NCBI GenBank assembly: GCA_020536535.1
Contig: JAHLWZ010000601.1
Coordinates: forward strand, 1 to 64,000
DNA from: Pelomyxa schiedti
Taxonomy: Eukaryota > Protista > Evosea
DNA: 64,000 nucleotides
Direction of reading: 5' to 3'
Shown here: one piece after another, positions 51,401 to 64,000 of the stretch
How positions within the stretch are numbered: position 1 is the first letter of the stretch
Layout: each line of letters starts with the position of its first letter
The notes under the pieces: model-generated
What the model was told of the DNA's origin: nothing
Databases searched by the model: none
The model's input: the letters and a program-made list of their open reading frames with translations, nothing else
Position numbers and translations under genes: made by a program

Positions 51401-52066
51401 CCCTCAATGGCAAACATAGATTGCAAAGCTTCTGTACTTTGCTGGAAACACCAAGCAGGTGGGATCCCAATTGTGTTTGATGCCGGGTGACGCTCCACCC
51501 ACATCATACACCTCAGATAACTGCATCCCCCTCTCGACGATTGTTACCCAGCTTGCCAGCGACTCGGTCCTGCCCATTGTTATCATTGACGCCTACCGGC
51601 GTGGGGATGTGTGCCATGTTTTTGCACCCTGGCCCACTGTTTTTCTCAGACTTAACTAATAGGAGAATGAATCTGGCAACGAAAGTGAACCTGTGCAACT
51701 TGTAGAACAATTGGGCTTGCATACAGTGGCCACATCGTGCGGGATTTATGTTGTTTGCTGTGTGAGTCCTCAAGGTATGAGAATGTGGCCCTCTTGCCTC
51801 TGACACATGCGCAATCTTACAGACCGTGATGGACGACAAACAACAATGAAGAAACTTTTCACCACACGCCTTCTTGAAGGTGCTTTTCTCGTTACACGAA
51901 CTTTTCCTTACTCTCGACAGGTATGAAGGGTGCCAGGGATTCTGGAATAACAGGGACACCCTTTGATGATTTTGTTGGGCAAGCCAGTGAAGCTGTGCAG
52001 TACGACTCCAATGGAACCATCTGCCCTGTGATCTTTGATTCTACAGAGCCATTTGCCCTTTTCTGA
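48419..52066 (+). CDS. Ankyrin-repeat protein with a micro-exon-encoded loop and a C-terminal inactive caspase-like (C14) domain; one apparent +1 frame discontinuity at about 50981-50984
   Basis: Ankyrin exons 48577-48660 (TPLHCATILGYTSTVKWLLENKADVNLT) and 50489-50569 (TTLNIACILRHKGIMELLLSQCSVQID). C14-like exons RCGALIIG, IAKLLYFAGNTKQVGSQLCLMPGD, PIVIIDAYRRG, GIYVVCCVSPQ, LFTTRLLEG, TGTPFDDFVGQASEAVQYDSNGTICPVIFDSTEPFALF*. Confidence 0.75.
48661..50488 (+). other. Array of 24 phase-0 micro-exons (twenty of 3 nt, one of 6 nt, two of 9 nt, one of 15 nt) separated by 42-111-nt GT-AG introns
   Basis: Recurrent (T/C/A)AG|NNN|GT units, most often with donor GTATG, every 50-85 nt or so, usually preceded by a pyrimidine-rich tract; all lengths are multiples of 3 and none encodes a stop. 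Confidence 0.8.
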
Positions 52067-52177
52067 AAAACCAGTGCCTAAGTGGCTGAATAAAATAATC
52101 GAACGCAACTGGTGTTTATTTTATTATTGTACCAAGTGAGGAGAATGCATAAAGTAAACAATTCAGTTTTCCTCCAC

Positions 52178-54858
<2,681 letters not shown>

Positions 54859-56217
54859 CTAGTGCGCAGTACTATGATGCCTTACGCACCCACAATTCAC
54901 TCGCGTAGTCGCTTCGCTTATTTACACTGACCCTAACCCCCCAACGCAACACAAACTTCAAGATCTTGCTCTTGTGGTTTGTTGTGTCGTACTCCTCGTT
55001 GGTTGGTACTTTCCTCCCTCGCTAAGCCGATAGTTGAAGGTTTTGATTTTTTTTGTTTTTGTTTTCGGTTTTAGGGCGGGGTGTTGGGGGGTTTTTCTAG
55101 TTGTTTGTTGGTGGCCTTGGCGATGTTATTCAGTAGTGTTGTGTGGGTTGGTTTTTGATGATGGGTGTTGCTGTGGGTGGTGGTTGCTTTGTTTAATTTG
55201 AAAAAATCGACGTTGTTTGATCTTGTGGTTGTTTCACACAAAAAGGACAAATTGGAGAGTACTTTTTTGGGGAGTGCGGCCTTGTTTAAAATAGAAACAG
55301 TTTGACCGATTTCTTTTCACGTGAAAAGAGGTGACATGGCGTTGTTGTGCACTCTGGTGGTTTGTTTTTTTTTGGGGGGGAGTGTGGTTTGTGTTTGGCT
55401 ATAATTATACCCGCCAGCCAGAATAACGGCAATACAAGGCAGCATTCTCTCTCAAAGTAACTAACGCAAGAGCATTTGATGGATTGTATCAGGCTTCTAT
55501 GTTACAGTGAGTGCGGTAAAGCAGCACCATCAGGAATATGGGATTTGAATCAAAGCACTGCACCGGTCTAACCTACTTCTATCTCACACCTTCTATTACA
55601 TATGAATGAAAATGTATGGTGGAATGAAGTAAAATTACCTGCTCTTGCAACGCAAAGTAAAATCTACCCAGGTATTCATCACAAAAAGTAAGACGGTGCC
55701 AACAAGTTATATCACGTTGCTGTTGTGAGCCACGGAATACCCACACCGGCTAGTATTTACGTAGTATTTTCTTAGTTTACTGAAATGCAGTTCTGTGCAT
55801 CTAATGCTAGTTACAAAATAGAAGATATGCTCCTCAATGTCATTTCCACGAGCATTAAAGTTTCGCTGTTTGGGTTTTCTTTTGCACGTCTGACAAAGTA
55901 CGGTGCCTCGGAGGTAAAGGACCTTAATTCCGGAATTAAGGAAAGGAAATGTCTCTAGTGACGTATTCGCATGATCCTGATGTTTTTCGTAACACAATGA
56001 GATGTGCCGCCTCGTAGTCAAGAAAAAAAAAAAAACCACGAACAAGAGTGGGACTGTGGGCCGGTATCTTTGTCTTGTCAAACACGAGAAAAGTTGGCAG
56101 CACTCCCCTGCGCACGGAAAAACGACGTGTCGTTTCGTGTTTTCTTTTGTTTTTTCCGAGATCTTGCTTGTGATTTTTTCAGATTATCGTCCGTGTGCAG
56201 TGGACCACGTGTGGCCA

Positions 56218-59200
56218 ATGGGTTGGTGTGGGTGCCGGGTATGGACGATGTGGAGATCTTTGCTGGTTGTTTGCGGCATCGCGTTGTTTGGCATCAACGT
56301 GTGGGTGCTGTGGCGTTGCGGGCCGGGTCCCTCGAACCAGCGCGTAATTGTCATGGTCAACGCCACTGTCCCGGTTGCTCCCTCCAGCGGCCTCGATTCT
56401 GACACCGCGATGTGCGCCAACAGCGCCGACGTGATCTACAAGTCCTTTTCCAACCTCACACCGGGAACACAGGTTTTTTTTTTTCACTTTTTTTCCCTTT
56501 TTTTCTTTCACCGTATCGTTGCCCTTCTGATATTTTTATTGAAGGTTCTGCACGTGGTATGCCTCGCGGAAATTGTTGTATTCAACAACTTAATGCACGT
56601 AGATTTCTCATACCCATTGGGATAGAGAGTGGTACCTCCCAATAGAGTCACAGAGAAGTAAGCTGGTTCACGTGATTGATACAGTACTTGAAGCTGCCCA
56701 AGCCAGCCTAAATTCCTCTGCCCCTGTGCCTATCAGTGTATTTCGGAGCTTTCTTTTTGATGGCCAAGTTCTTCCGCTACTGGACTACCTCGAGGTATGA
56801 CCTAACAAATGCCACTCTTGTTATTGACGTGGTTTTGGCACAATAGGTGAGACCAAAGGCAGCAATTTTACTGTCCACTCTAGCCCAATGCAGTAGAATA
56901 TCTATTGGTTTTCACTCTGAAAAGTGCTAAGCCCGTCTAACATGTGTTTCTCAGGACCAATGTATATTCAACCTGACGAATTTCTTGTTTCTGGAGAATC
57001 TCTTGTCCGCAATTTTCTTTTTGGTTCACAATGGAGTTCAGAGCTAGTGGGGAATCAAGCAGCTATGTCAAAAGTGGCTTACCTGATAGATTCGTTTGGG
57101 CATACCTCTCAGATGCCCCAGATTGCGCAGGGCTTTGGAATTGACAGTATAATTGTAATGAGAGGATTGCGTCCCTCCGTTCCCTCAGAATCTCTTTGGA
57201 GGTCTCCTGATGGCTCTGCTGCCCTCCTTATTCGCTCCAAGTACTGTAGTGTACGGTGATAATTCCCATTTTACTGTATCCAGAGCAAAGAAGTACTAAT
57301 TTTTTGTAGATGGGTGGAACTCCCAACCCACGTAGTCCCGACGATGTTTATCAATGGTTTTCTGAGAAGATTGAGAAACAGCCACAACATGTCACACCCC
57401 ATCTTCTAGGACTGAATGGTTGTGACCACACTGCACTTGACCCTTATGTACTGGATGGAATACATACAGCCAATACACACAACGGAGGTATCAGTGGCGT
57501 GACAGTGACACATTCAAACATTGATGCATACACGAGGCTGGTGTGGGACTGGCTGAAAAGCACACAAGGTCACTTACCTTCAATGGGACTTTCTGTAGTT
57601 GAAGGCGAACTCACGCACAGCATCTCAAGTAAGATTGTCACCCTCTTCCGGCTAGTTCTCAAAAGAAACAGAATTGGTGGGAACGTGGACCATCATGCCA
57701 AACCAGAAGCGGCAAAACTGGGAATGCGAAGGTTAGACTCACAATTCCCTTGCTTTCATCAATGGCGTTACAGCTCTTCTAACAAAATGGGCTGAGCCTT
57801 TTCTTTCCTGGGCAAGTGTGATTTCAACAGGTCACACCTATGACCACGACCGCGTCAACTATGCCTGGAAGTTACTTCTACAAAATCACCCCCATGATAC
57901 AATATGTGGGTGCAATGTACCAGCTGTTCATTCGGAAGTTGACAATAGGCTTATGAAATGTAAACAGTTTACAGCACAACTCACTGACGAAGCGCTTATC
58001 AATGTCATCAACCATATCGACTTCACGATACAGCATGAAAATGATAGTAACCATAATATCACAGTTCCTGTAGTCGTGTTTAATGCACTACCGTTTCCTC
58101 GGAAAGATGTACCTGTGGTTGTTTCTGTGGACTTTGACCCTATGTCCACCTTCTTTGATCATTTCAGTCCTCCCATAATTCGTGTCCTTGATTGGAATGG
58201 GAATATTGTTCCCTCACAAATTCTACAGAATATGGGATTGACCTGGGACTATATGCTTCCAGACCTTGGTTTCAGAAAACCGTTTTCTGCCCAGAGAAGG
58301 CTAGTTCTATTTTCTGCCACAGTCCCTTCATTGGGATATTCGTCATACACTTTCGAGCTCGTTCCGAGGGACATTCCAGCACACAATAGAACATATTTCC
58401 TTGGTAACACCAAAGGTTATGAACCAAACCAAACTTTTGTGGACCCTCCGTTTATATGTGACCAATCTGGCATCCCGTACTTTTCCGAGACCATTGGTGT
58501 ACTGGATAATGGGCTAGTGCACATACGCGTGCTAAAGAATGGTGAAGTTGATATTTTTGACTTGGATACCACCGAGTGTTACACCGGACTGAATTACATT
58601 ATTTTCGAGGGCGATGAAGGAAGCGAATATGAGTTTATTTCAAGTAGCACAAGGACATTCAATCTAGTTAATGCCAGAATCGTTTACCAGCACTCCAATT
58701 CTATTTTATCACAAATTACTGTCGAGGCTGATGCTTTTTCCAACGAGTCTCCAAACCCAAGGACCACATTTACCATCTGTTATGTATTGTTCAGCAATTC
58801 CCACCACCTTGGAGTTCGTGTATCGCTTACCAACAGATTGCATAATACCAGAGTTCGAGCCAAATTCCCAATCCCTGCTTATTCGGAGGTGATGGCAGGA
58901 TCAGCTTTTGACTTTGTAAACAGGTGAGTTTTTGTTTTTCGCAGTTATTTGACTTACTATGGCAGAACTTGGCACCTTGGCCCACAATCACTGCAAGGTA
59001 TGATAGATTGCTATTCACCCAGTACAAGATCTGGAATTGCCCTTGTTAGTAAAGGCCTATATGAATATGAAGTTTCAGGTCTCTCAGTTGAATTGACACT
59101 ATTCCGGTATACTGTCATTAGTCTCTTTTAGTTTTCATGGTCTCTAATCTCTTTTCTAAATAGTTCTGTTGGGGAAATGCAAGATTGGGGACAGTTTTTC

Positions 59201-59899
59201 ACCCCATCTGCTCAAAATGATGGAACCATTCTTGCATTCGAGTACGCGATTTTTCCCCATCAACACCCTATTTTTGGCGCTGGGGCACTGCAGTCGCAAC
59301 TCATCGAGGAATTCTTTTCATTTCTATCACCACCAGCAGCCACCCAAGCCCGCATTTTCACTGGGCGGACTCTTTCGCACCCAATCGTTGATCTTTCCAT
59401 CACCGGCTCACTCTTCTCGTGCGTTTGCGAGCCTCTTCCATCCACCAAGACTTCCCGAATCATAGCACCGCCTCTAACCAAGCTGTGGCCTCCTCAGCCC
59501 CGTACCGGACCCACACTTCCCCCAACCATGTCATTCCTCACAATCAAACCCTCCAACTTAGTCCTCTCCGCCATCAAAGGCTCTCCCTCCTCAGCCGGCA
59601 TCAACAGCAACAGCAACGGGAGCAATAACACCAACTCTCACAGCACCATTCTAGTGCGAGTGTACAACCCCTTGTCATTTGACCTCGCCGGGTCCATTCA
59701 CCTGGGCTGCGGGCTCTCGCTCGCCTCCGTTGAGAAGTGCTCACTCAACGAAACGTGCTACCCAAGCCCAGACACTCCGCCAAAGGAAACCCCTGTGCCC
59801 CCCTCTCAATGCCATCAACCCTCGTTCTCCTTTTCCTTCCCGGCACCCGCCAAGAAAATCCTTACATGGAAACTGCAACTGAAGTACATAGACCAGTAG
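56218..59899 (+). CDS. Glycoside hydrolase family 38 alpha-mannosidase with an N-terminal membrane anchor, multi-exon
   Basis: SHTHWDREWY, FDGQ, GPMYIQPDEFLVSGESLVRN, YLIDSFGHTSQMPQI, WRSPDGS, NGCDH, AWKLLLQNHPHDTICGC, LVLSAIK, ILVRVYNP. Confidence 0.9.
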
Positions 59900-60048
59900 T
59901 ACCCAATTGAAAGAACCCAATGTTTTTTACTAGAGTTGATAGAAAAAATGATGGTTTAACACAGCACAAGGGGAGGGAATAAAGAGGCCAAAAAGTTTTG
60001 TTTTTTAGTTTTTTTTTTCTATTCACGGAGGTAACAAGGAGGAGTGGT

Positions 60049-61138
60049 TTAGATGATTCCGATCTTGTTGGCAACGTCGAGAGCATCGAACTCGTGGGTG
60101 AGTCTGACATAGGCCTTCTTCCTGCCGTCAGGTGTGATGAGTGTGTTGACTTTCATGCACCGTATGTCGTACAACTTCTCAACAGCTCGCTTGATTTGTG
60201 GCTTGTTTGCCCTGTTATTTATTACATGGTTAGAAAATGACCGGGTAGGAGGAATTAGTATAATGTAGTTAGTTGCTAAGTAATTGATTATTGCGTGAAT
60301 GCGGCGACGTGTTAGGGAGGAATGGAGTCGGGGAATTACTTGATGTCAGTGATGAACACGAGAGTGTTGTTGTCCTCAATCTTCTTCATTGCGCTCTCGG
60401 TGGTAAGTGGGTGCTTGATAATGGCGTGGTTATCCATTCTGTTTCTGCCGGGGGTACTCTTGCGTGGGTACTTGGGGTTCTTTGGTGATTTAATGGTTCG
60501 GGGCCTGTAAATGAGTCACAAGGTGTTTCGGCTTGTAGCTATGAAGTTGGGCATACTTGTGCCAGTGGACGGAGTGCATCCACTTCTGTTTCTTGGCAAC
60601 AAGGGAGTGTGCGCCCCTTGTTTGCGCCTTGGCTGCCTGTTGTGCCTTGCCAACCTGAGCCTTCTTGGTTGGTGCCTTCTTGATGAGTGTTTTCTTGGTG
60701 ACAACTTTAGGAGCCTTGGTCTTTGTTGAAGCCAACTTTGATTTCTTCGCTGTGGAGCGATGATGAGTGTTACACCACAATGAAACGATTTCATGATGCC
60801 GAAGCCTTTCAGCTTCGTAGTTGGTGCTTTGTGTTGTTCGCGAGAAATGTGGTTGGTAACGGAAACTACACATACCGACTGGCTTCACGGCCTTCTTCGC
60901 GGGCTTCTTTGCTGCGGCCTGCTTCTTGGGGGCAGCGGGCTTTGGCGTGGCCTCTAATTATTCAAACGAAAAATGAGTTACGCGTGGCAACGAAGGTACG
61001 GTGTTTTTAAAAACACGAAACGGCGATACGAAAGGAAACGAGAGATCTACGACGCAAAACGTAGCGAGACGACACGCAAAACAACGACAACGAACGGGGG
61101 GATAAAACGCGGCGTGTTGACGCACCCTTGGTCGACAT
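60049..61138 (-). CDS. RPL23A: 60S ribosomal protein L23a (uL23), multi-exon
   Basis: Lys/Ala-rich N-terminus, [62 protein letters not shown]. Confidence 0.95.
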
Positions 61139-61418
61139 GAATGACGTTACTTGTCGGCGGTCGCCTGGTTTTGGTGTCACAGGGGAAAAAAAAGAACAAA
61201 AAAAATGATTTCTTTTCTTTTCTTTATTATATGCGTAAGGATCACTCCGCAACTGCAATTAGCAACACCGAGGAGATAAAACTCCCTATTCGGGACAGAT
61301 AGCTTTTCTATCGGGGATGAAACAAAGCACAAGACTAGAAAACGAGTCTTGATAAAAACTTTTTCCTATGTTATTAGTGTATGCTTTAGGCTAACTGGAG
61401 TCACAGCAAATAGGAGGT

Positions 61419-63529
61419 CTATTGGAAAACCACAACAATGGCTGTGGTGTTGTCAGTGAGGCCACTTTCTTCAGCAATGCAGTGTGCAAATGTCTCAATG
61501 GAGGAGTCATTGAACCCCGGGTTGGATGTCAGAAGCCCAGCAATGCGACCAACAACTTCCTCATTTGTCTGGTTGTCCCACAGCCCATCACATCCTAGTA
61601 CCATGAACCAGTCCTGTTTAGATTTTGTTTGAGTTGTTATGAACTTGAAAGAGGAGGAACGCGTACATCTGGAGTGATTTCATGAACAGTGACTTCAGGC
61701 ACTGGAGTAACCGCTTGCATTTCGGGAGGAAGGTGTCCTTGTTTGAAGTCAAAGTCTCCAATGGCCCGAGACACTCCCAGTCTGGGTTTTTCCCTTTAAT
61801 AAATTGAAAAGCTGTACAACTCCTACCTTCCATTTACCCGGTGTAGTGTGGTTGGTGGTTTTCCTCCTCCATTTTGAATTACTTCGGCAATCACACTGCA
61901 ACCTGGCATAAATTGTAAGTCAAAGTGCACGCAAGGGAAAGAAAACAAACCGGCGTTCCGTATTCTCTGTGTCTCTTGTGGAAGTCCGGGTTTATGATCA
62001 TTGGTAAGTGCAACAGCTTGCCTGCTTCTCTTCCCCAGTACACACCTGCAGTCACCTGTACATGCGTTAAAATTGTGTTTCTTTCAACGTGACCAATACC
62101 TGCATTAGCTAATGTAAGGGTATTATTACAGAGTACAACAACAAGAGCTGTGCTGCCACATCCTCCTGGTGTCACCTAATTTCTGAAATCAGAATGTGGA
62201 CTACTGGAACAAACAAAACAACTTTCTTGAACGCCGCGTCCGTATTACAGAATGTGGATATAAGTGCTGCTTTTTTATCGGTTTCAAATTTGGGATCCTT
62301 AGTTAGGAGACTGTAAACGTTCCTAACACAGTATTCAGAAGCTATGTGTCCCCCATGTCCATCAAATATTGCAAAGTAATGTGTTTCCTTGGAAAGATTC
62401 AGCAAAAAAGAATCAATTACTGAAGGAATACTTGTTCAATAGAGGGAGGTAGAGTCCAGTGGGTCATTTTACTGAAGAAGTCTCGGTAATAAGGCTTCCC
62501 AGCAGGTGTTTTATCTGGTACCCAACCTGACGGAGTCTATGGAAAATTAGGAGGGGAAGGAGATAAGAGTGAACCTTGAAACTGGAATTCGGGAAGGGGC
62601 TAATTATCAGAAATCGGTCTTCTTGTGTTGGGTGGGGACCCTGCAGGCTAGCGCCACCCAGTGCTTTGATGGCAGTTTTTGGAGGAGCTAATGCAATTTT
62701 AGGGCATTAGATGATTTTTGTTGCTAACCTGTGGATGAGGGATTTGGAGTCTTGGAACTTGCTGTCTTTGTTATTGTTTAGGGCATAGCAGTATGTAAGA
62801 TTATGTAGGATTAACCTTAGGGGTTACAAGACAAGCTGAACTACTACTCAAAGGAATGTGAGGTGCAGTAGAGAGGTTTAAGGATGAATTTGCAGTTGAG
62901 GGCTTTGTATTGGCAAGTAGTGATTCTGTGGATTTTGTTGAATGGGTGGAGGGTGTTTCTTTTGTGGAAAGATGGGGTTGGGAGGCGGCATGCACAGGTG
63001 CACTTTTCCTATGTGAAATAACTTCTGCAGAAGGTGATTTGTTAAGTTGCGGTTTAGTTGTAATTGAGGGTGTTGATGCAGTTAAAGCAGTCTTTTCTAG
63101 TTTTCTTGAGTCACTAGGGGGTTTTGTTGAAGATGCTTTCAATGGTGAGATGGTGGTTGTGAGTACTGGTGAGGCTGGGGAGGGCACGTGCACAGCCTCC
63201 TGTGGAGTTGGTGGTTGTGGTGTTGGAGTGATTGCACGCTCCAGAGGAGGGAGTGCTTCTGATGTAGGCACCGAGGCAGGTATAGGAGTTGGTGAAGAAG
63301 GTTGCGCAGTGTTTGGAGAAGCGGAGCGGATAGGTGTAGGAGCCCGTGTAGGTGTTACGGTTGGAGTTGAGACAGTGGGTGTGGGGGTTGCAGGGAGTGC
63401 CTGTGTGGTGGATGAGGGTGTTTGAGAAGGAAGGAGAGGAGCCGTGACGGAACGTGTAAGTACTGCTGAAGTGGATGGAGTAGCCATGGACTCCCATAAA
63501 GTTTGACCCGAACGGGCATTAGGGAGCAT
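61419..63529 (-). CDS. Protein phosphatase 2C with a long Ser/Thr/Pro-rich N-terminal region; further 5' exons probably lie beyond 63529
   Basis: YFAIFDGHGG, GSTALVV, ANAG/DCR, DHKP, LGCDGLWD, DNTTAIVV. Confidence 0.9.
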
Positions 63530-64000
63530 CTTGGCTGATCCAGGAAGAGGCCCTTTACGACTTTGTTCTTTTAGAAAGGAAATATACTTTCAAGAAATTG
63601 GATGAAACCTGGTCCCCGGAAGTACTTTAGAAGTAGGTGACTATATAGATGTCAAATGAATTGTAAAAATGTGGAAATAAGAAATACAGGAGGAAACAGG
63701 GAATTGTAATGGTCTATGCAGTATCTGCAGAGTAATGCAACCTGAGCATCACTTACGGGACTGCGAGCATGTGGATCACGGTTTTTCAAAATAATGGGGC
63801 CAAAAATTGTGCCCAAAGCGACACTGTCCATTTTGTTTACCTTTGAATTGGAAATAACCTATTGGACAGTGAAATTGTGCGGTTATGTGTACTTATATAT
63901 TATGAAATTATTGTTTGGGTACTGTGTTCATTGTACATAAACAAAGAATTCCAAAAGAAACTGCAACGAGGCAAGGTTTCCTGAAGGAAGCCTGGATACT

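Noticed and set aside
55380-55990. Possible snoRNA or small gene between the PAK and mannosidase genes
   Set aside because: Only isolated box-like words; no supported guide, structure or coding motif could be established by eye

Overview
Eukaryotic (protist-type) genomic DNA with many short GT-AG introns, mostly 40-110 nt, and seven 100-N scaffold gaps. Both ends carry ordinary intron-rich housekeeping genes: glycerol kinase and TMEM208 on the left; a PAK/STE20 kinase, a GH38 alpha-mannosidase, RPL23A and a PP2C phosphatase on the right. Between them (about 5.2-52 kb) lies an accessory island. It holds three copies or fragments of a giant DUF3638/DUF3645 SF2-type ATPase and three paralogues of an unknown beta-rich protein, one spliced onto a TRAF-like zinc-finger array. 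It also holds a RavA/MoxR AAA+ gene and relics of LINE, Tc1/IS630, piggyBac and Ty3/Gypsy elements. The most striking feature is invisible in the ORF track. An ankyrin-repeat gene (48419-52066) has its inter-repeat beta-hairpin loop encoded by an array of 24 frame-preserving micro-exons, 20 of them single codons (AG|NNN|GT). That gene ends in a catalytically dead caspase-like (peptidase C14) domain. A paralogous dead caspase domain with shared intron positions is fused to the MoxR AAA+ ATPase (12816-15688). Together they suggest a splice-diversified sensor/pseudocaspase signalling or immunity system. All gene models were derived by eye and need transcript confirmation.
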